Shown: one piece after another, positions 1-7,833 of the stretch
Position numbering within the stretch: position 1 is the stretch's first letter
How the letters are laid out: every line of letters begins with the position of its first letter
Assembly: GCA_043723165.1 (NCBI GenBank)
Contig: JAYSOF010000026.1
Coordinates: forward strand, 1-26,420
Direction: 5' to 3'
DNA: 26,420 bases
From: a bacterium
GTDB taxonomy: Bacteria > Patescibacteriota > Minisyncoccia > UBA6257 > GWB1-50-10
Made by a program: the position numbers and the translations under genes
The notes under the pieces: generated by a model
Told to the model about the DNA's origin: nothing
Database searches by the model: none
What the model saw: only the letters and a program-made list of their open reading frames with translations

Positions 1-365
1 CCGAGCGGTACGATGACCTTCGGGTTGATAATCTGAATCTGCTCACGGAGGTAGGGTTTGTACGCAGAAATTTCATCGGGCAACGGATCACGGTTCTCAG
101 GTGGCCTCCGCTTCACGATGTTCGTTATGTAGACGTCTCCCCTGCTCCAACCGATCCTCGTGATGAGCTTATCGAGGAGCTGGCCAGACCTGCCGACGAA
201 AGGCCTACCGAGCTCTTCTTCGCGTGCGCCGGGAGCTTCCCCAATGAACATAACCTCCGCATCCGGGTTCCCCTCTCCGAACACGAGCTTAGACTCACGG
301 AGCGGGAGTTTTTCATCTCGGGCGATACGCTCTCTCAGATCTTCGAGCTGGTCTCTGGTTCCCAT
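1..365 (-). CDS. udg: Uracil-DNA glycosylase, family 4 (UdgA-type); 3' end runs off the window
   Basis: Manual translation from ATG at 365 (not in ORF track): MGTRDQLEDLRERIARDEKLPLRESKLVFGEGNPDAEVMFIGEAPGAREEELGRPFVGRSGQLLDKLITRIGWSRGDVYITNIVKRRPPENRDPLPDEISAYKPYL... Family-4 motifs VFGEGNPDA, GEAPG, GRPFVG, RPPxNRDP. Confidence 0.93.
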   Translation of the reverse strand, partial: MGTRDQLEDLRERIARDEKLPLRESKLVFGEGNPDAEVMFIGEAPGAREEELGRPFVGRSGQLLDKLITRIGWSRGDVYITNIVKRRPPENRDPLPDEISAYKPYLREQIQIINPKVIVPL

Positions 366-475
366 GAGAACAGTGTACACCACGAACGTGTGGACATAAA
401 CTCACGAAAATGGTAATAGTGTAACCAGCCAAACCCGTGTACACTCGGGCATTTCAAAACCTTTTAGGAGCCAGC

Positions 476-925
476 ATGCAGAACAATAGTACAGCCGAAA
501 AATCGATCACCCTCGGTAAGGGGAAAGTCATCCCACTACCGGGAAGCAAAACCCTGACCTTCGAAGAGTTGAGGGAGCAGTGGCACGCGATACTCGAAGC
601 CACGATCACAGATGTTTCGAACTCGTTCCTGTACCACCCGGAAGAAATGCGGGAGGTAGAGGGGTCTGACGTGATGTGGAAAATTATCATTTTCAAACCG
701 ACGGATAAGCAGAAGAGGCGGAGCAAGTTCGTCCGTGAGTCTTCGTCCGAGGTGGAAAAAGCGGTAACGTTCATGTTCTACACGGGAGACCGTGCGACGC
801 TCCGTGTGGGATCGGTCGTCCTCTTCTCTAAAGATTGGATATCAATCTTTAGGATGCTCGAGGACTACATCGACAACAAGTACTCACTCCCGAAACCTCC
901 AAAAGAGAAAACGGAAGAATATTAG
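476..925 (+). CDS. Hypothetical protein (~149 aa)
   Basis: Sole long ORF in the gap between udg and the ABC gene. AGGAG at 466-470, 5 nt before ATG 476. Followed by hairpin terminator. No recognisable motif. Confidence 0.65.
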   Translation: MQNNSTAEKSITLGKGKVIPLPGSKTLTFEELREQWHAILEATITDVSNSFLYHPEEMREVEGSDVMWKIIIFKPTDKQKRRSKFVRESSSEVEKAVTFMFYTGDRATLRVGSVVLFSKDWISIFRMLEDYIDNKYSLPKPPKEKTEEY

Positions 926-942
926 CTGCGGTTCAGGTACAG

Positions 943-972
943 AAAATCGCTCACGAGATGTGAGCGATTTTT
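943..972. terminator. Bidirectional intrinsic terminator between convergent ORF 476-925 and ABC transporter
   Basis: Perfect 12-bp stem aaaatcgctcac (943-954), loop gagat, gtgagcgatttt (960-971), with A/T runs on both sides. Confidence 0.8.
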
Positions 973-2785
973 ATTTGTAGCCTTCAGCTTGGAGGTTGAA
1001 GAGGCGCGCGTACATCCCCTTCTTCCCGAGCAGGTACCGGTGGGCGCCAGACTCTACGAGCGATCCGCCATCGAGCACGATGATGCGGTTCGCGTGGCGC
1101 ACCGTCGAGAAGCGGTGGGATACGAGGATCACCGTGCGGTCACTCGGGAGCTTCTCGAGCTTATCGAATATGTTTGCCTCTGCCTCAGCATCAATTGAAG
1201 ATGTCGGCTCATCGAGAACGAATACACGCGGAGATCGGTAGAACACCCTGGATATGGCGAGCTTCTGCCACTGGCCGATGGACGGCTCGACGCCGTTCGT
1301 AAACTCACGTCCGAGCATCTGGCGGTACCCGTCGGGCCACGACTCGATGAACCCATTAGCCTCTCCGGCACGGACCGCGCTACGCACGCGCTCCATCTCG
1401 AGCGGAACGGACGAATCGCCGAAGGCAACTCCCTCATAGACCGGCAGGTGGTAGTGTGCGTACTCCTGGAAGAGTATGCCGAGCGTGCGGTACCAACTCT
1501 CGATGTCTACCTCTCGGAGGTCATGCCCGTCTACGAGAATTCTCCCTTCGGTCGGATCGTAGAAACGGCAAAGGAGTTTCATGATAGTCGTCTTCCCTGC
1601 GCCGTTCGGACCTACGAACGCGACCTTCTCTCCCGGTGCAATCGTAAACGAAACATCCGTCAGGGATTTTTTAGGGTTGTCTCGGTACGCGAAGCTCACG
1701 TGGTCAAAAACAATTTCCGGCGTCCGGCCCCGAACAAGGTTGAAACCAGGAACGGGCTTCGGTATCGCCGGTGGTAAATCCAAGAAACGGTATACATCGG
1801 AAACGAACAGGCTATCTTCGTACTGCCGGGCAAGGTTCTGGAAGAGCGCGGAGAGTGATCCCCTGAGCTCGGTGATTGCGCCGACCGCAAAGAGGAAGGT
1901 GCCAACCTGGAGGTTACCGTGGACAACCTCACCGATGAACCACACGCCCGCAGCGACGATACCGGCGTTCGAAATGAGGTTCGTAGAAACACGAGCCCAG
2001 AAGCGCCCCTGCTCGTGCGAGCGTTGGATTTTCTGAAAGTCCATGAAGAGCTCACGGATGAGCCCGAGGAACTTGCCGACGTTCTGAAAAAGCTTGAGCT
2101 CGGTAACCGAGGCGAGCGTATCGAAGTGAGACCAGAGCTCCCAATAACGGCGCTTCACCTCAGACCTGGCAGAGTTGATGCCCCACACCCGCTTACCGTA
2201 CTTCGCCTCAACGATGAGCTCGGGAATGGTAGAAACGACGAGGACGAGGCACACCCACCACTCGAAGGCAACCAAGATCGATGCTGCCGCGAGAACCTGG
2301 ATGAGCTCCTGGGTGACGTAGAACTGCATCTCGTTGAAGTTGTAGAGCCGGTACTCGTTCTCGCGGACGATGTTCAGCAGGTTGTTGCTCTTCGGATCTT
2401 CGCGGGTAGCCACATCGATCTCCCCACGCTTCTTCGCGAGGAACAGGTCGAGGCGTTCCTCGGATGCGAACCGAAAAATCCTAAAGAGGTACGACTGGAC
2501 GGTGTAGAGAATTCCGGGAATGGCGAGGGCGAGCGCGAAGAGGGTAATTGCCACGACGAGGCTCGAGGTGAACGAGTGCGTGGTCGCACTACCGATCAGG
2601 GCATTAACGAGGAACGCCTGTGTTCCAGATCTCAGGAACGGAACGAACGCGGTAAGAATGATGACCAAAAAAATACCCACGACGAGCTTCTTCTGGTCGC
2701 CCCACATGAGCGCGAGCGTACGCTTCGCATTGCGGAAGAGTCCGCTGATGAGCTCTGATTTTATTTGTCTATATTTTTTATCCAT
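971..2785 (-). CDS. ABC exporter, fused permease + ATP-binding domain (multidrug/peptide exporter type)
   Basis: N-terminal TM helices. Walker A GPNGAGKT, Q-loop LFQEY, signature variant PSIGQWQK, Walker B VLDEPTSSID, H-loop VSHR. Confidence 0.95.
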   Translation of the reverse strand: MDKKYRQIKSELISGLFRNAKRTLALMWGDQKKLVVGIFLVIILTAFVPFLRSGTQAFLVNALIGSATTHSFTSSLVVAITLFALALAIPGILYTVQSYLFRIFRFASEERLDLFLAKKRGEIDVATREDPKSNNLLNIVRENEYRLYNFNEMQFYVTQELIQVLAAASILVAFEWWVCLVLVVSTIPELIVEAKYGKRVWGINSARSEVKRRYWELWSHFDTLASVTELKLFQNVGKFLGLIRELFMDFQKIQRSHEQGRFWARVSTNLISNAGIVAAGVWFIGEVVHGNLQVGTFLFAVGAITELRGSLSALFQNLARQYEDSLFVSDVYRFLDLPPAIPKPVPGFNLVRGRTPEIVFDHVSFAYRDNPKKSLTDVSFTIAPGEKVAFVGPNGAGKTTIMKLLCRFYDPTEGRILVDGHDLREVDIESWYRTLGILFQEYAHYHLPVYEGVAFGDSSVPLEMERVRSAVRAGEANGFIESWPDGYRQMLGREFTNGVEPSIGQWQKLAISRVFYRSPRVFVLDEPTSSIDAEAEANIFDKLEKLPSDRTVILVSHRFSTVRHANRIIVLDGGSLVESGAHRYLLGKKGMYARLFNLQAEGYK

Positions 2786-2955
2786 ACGGAAACAGCCTTC
2801 AACCTAATTGTGTGCCGTTGAATCCAATTGGTCTAGCCTACGTTAGTATTCCCCCACTCACGTCAGGAGGGTAGTTTTTATTTGTGTATTTATTGTACCA
2901 AGCTCGAACCTATTTCCAAAACAAATGATTCGGAGAAAGCCGTTAAGTTCTGTAT

Positions 2956-3030
2956 TGGTGCCCTCGGCAGGAATCGAACCTGCATCTTCTCCTTCGGAGG
3001 GAGATGTCCTATCCATTGAACTACGAGGGC
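2956..3030 (-). tRNA. tRNA-Arg(CCG) with encoded CCA
   Basis: Reverse complement GCCCTCGTAGTTCAATGGATAGGACATCTCCCTCCGAAGGAGAAGATGCAGGTTCGATTCCTGCCGAGGGCACCA. Acceptor stem, anticodon stem TCTCC/GGAGA with loop CTCCGAA, T-loop GTTCGATTC. Confidence 0.96.
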
Positions 3031-3036
3031 GAGCGA

Positions 3037-3076
3037 GACGGCAAAAACAATATAACCCTATATTGGTTCTGCCGTC
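3037..3076. repeat. Imperfect 18-bp inverted repeat overlapping the likely tRNA -10 box
   Basis: gacggcaaaaacaatata (3037-3054), loop accc, tatattggttctgccgtc (3059-3076); 2 mismatches. Minus-strand TATATT at 3049-3054. Confidence 0.7.
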
Positions 3077-3083
3077 GAGCGGA

Positions 3084-3131
3084 ACCCAAGTACCAAACTC
3101 CCGCACACAGGCGGGAGTTTGGTACTTGGGT
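3084..3131. repeat. Perfect 21-bp inverted repeat (hairpin/cruciform)
   Basis: acccaagtaccaaactcccgc (3084-3104), loop acacag, gcgggagtttggtacttgggt (3111-3131). Confidence 0.9.
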
Positions 3132-3145
3132 AAATCTTAATATTT

Positions 3146-3778
3146 TTACAAAACCCTCCCCTTCAAACCGTGCTTCCGTTCATCAGCCTCAATCATACCG
3201 ACGACCGAATCTACGAGCGCACCCGGGTCAGATGAGTACGCGACGTTCGGTGAGCTCTGGTGAGCCCGTTCGAGTATCTCCCGAACCATATCGGCGGTTC
3301 CCCCGCTCCCCTCGAGCACCCCGAGGGGCTTACCCTCCTCAAAGGTGATAGAGAACTCGTGGAGCGTCCCGACGCGTCCGCAGATTACGATTACCGCGTC
3401 CGCAGAGCGGGTGAGGAGGAGGTCGCGACCGGTGTAGTCGAACCCAGTGTAGATGATGAGGTCGTGGTACTCCGTGGGTAGCCGGTACGTCTTCACGTGC
3501 GCAAGCTTCGAAGCTGCGGGAGAGAGACCGATTACTATTCCGCCCGCTTCTTTCGCTCCCTTGGCTGCCCAGTACGGCATGCCGGTTGTGGCGCCGGTTA
3601 CGAGCACGAGGTTCCGACGGGCAATCTCCCTACCGATTGCCTCAGCTTTTGCAAACGAATCTTTCGAGCAGTGTCCGGTCTCAGCGGCGCCAGAAACGCA
3701 GATCTTGTACTTGAGACTCTGGATGTAGCGAGCGAGGTCACGCTCTCCTTTCGGTGCAGATTTTTTTGAGGTTGCCAT
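3146..3778 (-). CDS. LOG/SLOG-family nucleotide-binding protein (TIGR00725-like, putative NMP phosphoribohydrolase)
   Basis: VSGAA, LVTGATTGMP..AAKGAKEAGG, RDLLLTRSADAVIVI and GRVGTLHE (variant of the LOG PGGxGTxxE motif). Confidence 0.85.
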   Translation of the reverse strand: MATSKKSAPKGERDLARYIQSLKYKICVSGAAETGHCSKDSFAKAEAIGREIARRNLVLVTGATTGMPYWAAKGAKEAGGIVIGLSPAASKLAHVKTYRLPTEYHDLIIYTGFDYTGRDLLLTRSADAVIVICGRVGTLHEFSITFEEGKPLGVLEGSGGTADMVREILERAHQSSPNVAYSSDPGALVDSVVGMIEADERKHGLKGRVL

Positions 3779-3787
3779 GCGGGCACA

Positions 3788-5143
3788 TTATAGCACCAGA
3801 ATTTCACCCAGAGAAGGAACGCGTGCTGGAATTTTGAACTCGGAGGTGATCTCTCGCGCGAGTGGCTCGGATTGATCGGCGTCTCCCTGCACGACGAACA
3901 CAGACTTGAGTGACTTAGCCATCGGCTCAATCCACGCGAGGAGCTGTGGACGGTCCGCGTGGGCTGAGTAACCGCTTATCGCGTGTACGGTTGCGAGCAC
4001 CGGTGTCTCCTCACCCTGAATCCGAACGATCCGCTCGTGGTCGAGGATGCGCCTACCGAGCGACCCAGCCGCTTGGTAACCAACGAACAGTACCGAACTG
4101 TTCGAATCAGATAGGTAGCGACGTTCGTGGTGAATAATCCTGCCACCCTGGGACATACCCGATCCGGCGATGACCACCTTCGGACCAGGCACGTCGTTGA
4201 TTGCCTTCGATTCTTCGGTCGTGAGGCACATGGTGAGCCCAGGAAAATCGAATATCGCATCGCCTCCACGGATGAGCTTGATGGCATCTCCGCTGAAGTA
4301 GTCAGGGTCAGATGAGTAGCGCTGGTAGACCGCGGTGAGCTTGATGGCGAGTGGGCTGTCCACGAAGACCGGAATTTTTGGAACCTGCTGCCTCTCGATG
4401 AGGTCGTTCAGCTCGAAGAGCATCTCCTGTGTCCGCTCGAGCGCAAAGGCGGGTATGAGGAGTGTCCCCTTCTTCCGAATGTTCTCGAGTATGTCGCGCT
4501 TCAGCTCATCCTTCCTCGTGTCGAGGTTCTCGTGCACACGGTTACCGTACGCAGACTCGATGAGCGCGTAGTCTGCCTGCTCTATGAACTCTGTGCTCGT
4601 TATGAACGGCGCCGGAATGTTCCCGAGGTCTCCGCTGAAAACGATGCGCTTCCCCTCGACGGATACGATGAGCGAACTCGAACCCAAAACGTGCCCCGCG
4701 TTCACAAACTCGACGGTGAATGGGCCGACGGTAACCGGATCGTGGTACGAAACGCCCTCCCAGAGAGACCGGAGGCGTGTGACGTCTGATGCTGAGTAGA
4801 GCGGCTCTTCGTTGCACTTCAGGGCATCCTCACGGAGGAGGTGCTCAGAGTCGAGGAGGAGGAGCTCCGCAAAATCCCGCGTGGGAGGCGTCGAGTACAC
4901 GGTACCGCGGAACCCGTGCTTCACGAGCTGGGGCAGGCGGCCTGTGTGGTCGATGTGCGCGTGGGTCACAAAGACCGCGCTCACACCACTCGGTTCGTAG
5001 ATAAACGGACTGAAGTTTGAAGACTCGCAAAAGTTTCCGCCCTGGTGGAGACCGCAGTCGACCAGGATGAGCGTGCTACCGGACTCGAGGAGGTAATTTG
5101 CACCCGTTACCGTTCCCGCACCGCCAGCGAAGGTGAGCTTCAT
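3788..5143 (-). CDS. MBL-fold beta-CASP ribonuclease (TTHA0252/YSH1-like)
   Basis: MKLTFAGGAGTVTGANYLL start, THAHIDH, AGHVLGS, SGDLG, ESAYG, GSGMSQGGRIIHH, YSAHAD. Start set at ATG 5143 rather than 5161. Confidence 0.93.
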   Translation of the reverse strand: MKLTFAGGAGTVTGANYLLESGSTLILVDCGLHQGGNFCESSNFSPFIYEPSGVSAVFVTHAHIDHTGRLPQLVKHGFRGTVYSTPPTRDFAELLLLDSEHLLREDALKCNEEPLYSASDVTRLRSLWEGVSYHDPVTVGPFTVEFVNAGHVLGSSSLIVSVEGKRIVFSGDLGNIPAPFITSTEFIEQADYALIESAYGNRVHENLDTRKDELKRDILENIRKKGTLLIPAFALERTQEMLFELNDLIERQQVPKIPVFVDSPLAIKLTAVYQRYSSDPDYFSGDAIKLIRGGDAIFDFPGLTMCLTTEESKAINDVPGPKVVIAGSGMSQGGRIIHHERRYLSDSNSSVLFVGYQAAGSLGRRILDHERIVRIQGEETPVLATVHAISGYSAHADRPQLLAWIEPMAKSLKSVFVVQGDADQSEPLAREITSEFKIPARVPSLGEILVL

Positions 5144-5188
5144 GGAAAAAGTATACCCCACCTAGGGTTTTGGAACCATTTCGGTAAC

Positions 5189-5228
5189 TTGACTTTTTAT
5201 ATTTTTTATGAAATACTGGATACCAGTA
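5189..5228 (+). promoter_or_regulatory. Candidate sigma70 promoter for ORF 5279-5593 with overlapping 6-3-6 palindrome
   Basis: TTGACT (5189-5194), 17 nt spacer, AATACT (5212-5217) preceded by TG. Palindrome tactgg-ata-ccagta at 5214-5228. Confidence 0.45.
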
Positions 5229-5278
5229 GGTTGCGTTCAAAACTATTTTCAATAGTATCCCCGAAAGGAGCGGTGCAT

Positions 5279-5593
5279 TTGGAAACAAAAAAGTTTAAAG
5301 CTCACGGAGAGATCAGCGGAACGGGCGCAAAGTTCTCGTACCCGAATATCACGGCGCACACCGAAGACCAGTGCAGGGCGATCGTGCACTCACTGCTCAA
5401 TAAGAAGTACGGACGCCACGTGTTCCCGGTGAAAACAGGCTTTGCCCACTCGAGGAGGTACGAACCGTTTGATGTAGAACTTGTGAGAGAGGTGAATCTG
5501 CCGGAAACCAAACCGGCGATAAGCTTTTCAGAACAGCTCGAATTGGAGCTCCTTCCGGTTCAAGGAGGTGTGCCGAGCGCGTGGCTCTCCTGA
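5279..5593 (+). CDS. Hypothetical protein (~104 aa)
   Basis: 3' part of ORF 5045-5593, whose 5' part overlaps the MBL gene antisense. AAGGAG at 5265-5270, 8 nt before in-frame TTG 5279. Fills the gap between divergent MBL and convergent murE. Confidence 0.55.
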   Translation: METKKFKAHGEISGTGAKFSYPNITAHTEDQCRAIVHSLLNKKYGRHVFPVKTGFAHSRRYEPFDVELVREVNLPETKPAISFSEQLELELLPVQGGVPSAWLS

Positions 5594-5634
5594 TGATCAG
5601 TACCATTTAAATTCCCCACACTATTGTGGGGAAT

Positions 5635-6855
5635 TTACTTTACCGAATCTCTCAGCGCTGACTCCGCTTCAGCCCGCTCGTTCCACGGAAGAGACCGACC
5701 TCCCGCAATACGGATAGAGGACTCACTCCCCTTCCCCGTGAGGATTACCGCATCACCCGGACGAACACGTGCAATAGCAGACCGTATTGCAGAACGGCGG
5801 TCCAAGATGCGTTCAGTCTTCGATGCGCGGCGCGGGCGGGCATCCTTAAAACCGCTCTCAATATCTTCTGCAATTTTTGAGGGGGGCTCATCGAACGGAT
5901 CTTCGGTCGTCACGATAACTTCATCGCACAGCTCGGCCGCGATCGTTCCCATGACAGAACGCTTCCACACATCCCTCCCCCCGGCGGCAGCTCCCAAGAC
6001 GCAAACCATACGGGCTGGAGGAGAAACAGACCGGCGAACCGCAGCGTAAACAGACTTGAGTGAATCTGGTGTATGGGCGTAATCAACGATCACCTGGAAC
6101 GGCTCGCGCTGAACCACCTCCATGCGCCCCGGGACACCAGGAAACTCACTGAGTGTTTTCCTCGCGAGAGCGTCGGGAACACCGAACACCCGCGAAACCT
6201 CGAACGCTGCGGCTGAGTTCTCAAAGTTAAAATCGGTCGCAACCCAAGATCCGCGGAACGCTGGGTCTCCGGCGAGTTGGGCAGCATCAAACTCGTGGAC
6301 GGTGCATCCGGGGATTGATTGCACCGCGGTAGTAAAGTAACCCTTCTCTCGATCGCGAGCGTTCACAAAAAAATGTTTGCGCTCCTTCAGAGAGGTTTTC
6401 GCCGTGTCGCGAAAGAAGGTTACCTTAGCATCACGGTACGCCTCGTACGAACCGTGCGATTCGATGTGCTCAGGCGCGAGGTTTAGGAACACCCCTGCGT
6501 CCCAGGCGATGAAACGGTGCCGGTGCTGGAGGACACCCTGAGAACTCACCTCGAGGAACGCGTGGGTGCACCGGGCACGGACGGCATCCCGCAAGAACCG
6601 CTGTACGGCGAAACGTCCGGGCATCGTGTTCCCGCGGTTCTGAAAGCTCTCGCTCCCAACCTTCCTCCGAACGGTTCCCAAGAGCGCGGTCTTGTATCCG
6701 GCTGATTCGAAGATGGCACTCAAGAGTTCGGCGGTAGTAGACTTCCCCTTCGTCCCCGTGATGCCGATGATGGTAATTTTACGGCTCGGAAAACCGAACA
6801 GAATGTTTCCGATCAAGGCGAGGGCGTAGTGGTACGTGCTCCGGAGAAATTTCAT
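5635..6855 (-). CDS. murE: Mur ligase, MurE-like UDP-N-acetylmuramoyl-tripeptide synthetase lacking the N-terminal domain
   Basis: GITGTKGKSTT P-loop, LEVSSQG, FLNLAPEHIESHG, PGVPGRME, VDYAHTPDSL, GRD..KR, EDPF (DNPR position), GKGSE. Confidence 0.88.
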   Translation of the reverse strand: MKFLRSTYHYALALIGNILFGFPSRKITIIGITGTKGKSTTAELLSAIFESAGYKTALLGTVRRKVGSESFQNRGNTMPGRFAVQRFLRDAVRARCTHAFLEVSSQGVLQHRHRFIAWDAGVFLNLAPEHIESHGSYEAYRDAKVTFFRDTAKTSLKERKHFFVNARDREKGYFTTAVQSIPGCTVHEFDAAQLAGDPAFRGSWVATDFNFENSAAAFEVSRVFGVPDALARKTLSEFPGVPGRMEVVQREPFQVIVDYAHTPDSLKSVYAAVRRSVSPPARMVCVLGAAAGGRDVWKRSVMGTIAAELCDEVIVTTEDPFDEPPSKIAEDIESGFKDARPRRASKTERILDRRSAIRSAIARVRPGDAVILTGKGSESSIRIAGGRSLPWNERAEAESALRDSVK

Positions 6856-7434
6856 TTACGTTTTTGCAATTTCCTTGAGGGCGGTGCGGAGGCGGTCTTC
6901 GATGCTAACGTCTGGAGAAAACTTGAAAGCTTCAAGCGTCGCACGGACGCGCGGGCGGGGGTAACCGAGGTCTACGAGGACATCTTCGACATCTCGGTTC
7001 CGGTCCAGAGAGCGCGTGATCTCCCCGCTCCCCGCTACCTTGATTTTGTTCTCTAGCTCGAGGATGATGCGCTCCGCGGTTTTCTTTCCTATCCCCGACG
7101 CCCTCGTTAAGAGGTCTACCCTGCGCTCAATGATCGCCGCGAGCACGTTCGTCGTAGAATCAACATCAAGTACACCGAGGGCGGTCTTAGGTCCAACGCC
7201 GGCTACGGTGTTCAAGAGTTCAAAGAGCTTGAGCGACTCGGACTCGAGGAAACCGAAGAGTTCATTCTGGTCTTCCCGGACGTAGTGGTGGCAGAGCACG
7301 TAAACCTCCCCTGATTCCCTGATTCGGTCGAGGGTGCTCGCATTCGTGAGCACGCGGTACCCAACCCCACCACACTCGATGACAAAAGAACTTTCTGATT
7401 TGAGGGTAACCGGACCCCGTAGCGTGTGGATCAT
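6856..7434 (-). CDS. ruvA: Holliday junction branch migration protein RuvA
   Basis: GGVGYRV, YVREDQNELFGF, HhH motifs VAGVGPKTAL and ASGIGKKTAERIILEL, C-terminal LVDLGY. Confidence 0.96.
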   Translation of the reverse strand: MIHTLRGPVTLKSESSFVIECGGVGYRVLTNASTLDRIRESGEVYVLCHHYVREDQNELFGFLESESLKLFELLNTVAGVGPKTALGVLDVDSTTNVLAAIIERRVDLLTRASGIGKKTAERIILELENKIKVAGSGEITRSLDRNRDVEDVLVDLGYPRPRVRATLEAFKFSPDVSIEDRLRTALKEIAKT

Positions 7435-7522
7435 TTGCCTACCTAGTATACCCCGATGGGTAACGTAATTGAACTACGAACCTTTTGACAAAATTGAGCG
7501 GGTAACGTACTTTTATACCGAT

Positions 7523-7783
7523 ATGCCGAAAACGAAAACAGCAAAAAAGGAGCTCAGGAAGTCCGTTCGCCGTCGCGCGCACAACACCGACCGCAAGCGT
7601 GAACTCAAGAACTCCGTGAAGGCCGCCCGTGGGGCAAAGGGCAACGACCCGAAAGCGATCGAGACGCTCGCCGCCGCCTACAAGCGGCTCGATAAGCTCG
7701 CCAAGGTGAACTTCATCAAGAAGAGCAAGGCGAACCGATTGAAGAGCCGCCTCGCAAAACAGCACGCACGGTCAGCTAAGTAA
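7523..7783 (+). CDS. rpsT: 30S ribosomal protein S20
   Basis: MPKTKTAKKELRKSVRRRAHN...AYKRLDKLAKVNFIKKSKANRLKSRL. Start ATG 7523. TTGACA-N17-TACTTT promoter upstream (-10 at 7508-7513). Confidence 0.96.
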   Translation: MPKTKTAKKELRKSVRRRAHNTDRKRELKNSVKAARGAKGNDPKAIETLAAAYKRLDKLAKVNFIKKSKANRLKSRLAKQHARSAK

Positions 7784-7820
7784 CAAAAAACCGCTCCGGA
7801 AAAACCGGGGCGGTTTTTGT
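7783..7820. terminator. Bidirectional intrinsic terminator between rpsT and holA
   Basis: acaaaaaaccgctccgg, loop aaaaa, ccggggcggtttttgt. GC stem (one G-U) flanked by A and T runs. Confidence 0.85.
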
Positions 7821-7833
7821 TGTACCGCCACCC

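Noticed and set aside
373-445. GTGTACAC palindrome occurring twice in the udg/ORFan divergent region, as a possible operator pair
   Set aside because: Each copy is explained as a TACACT -10 box for one of the two divergent genes; 8 bp is too short to support an operator claim.
1240-1290. ABC signature PSIGQWQK instead of LSGGQ, as a possible inactive ATPase
   Set aside because: Walker A/B, D-loop and H-loop are intact, and SxGQWQ variants are usual in this exporter subfamily.
1919-2758. 279-aa plus-strand ORF antisense to the ABC transporter
   Set aside because: Fully overlaps a well-supported gene on the opposite strand, has no motifs, and is a typical codon-bias shadow ORF.
437-3030. Possible island integrated at the tRNA-Arg 3' end (ABC gene + ORFan)
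   Set aside because: No integrase and no duplicated tRNA 3' end (att site) seen in the window.
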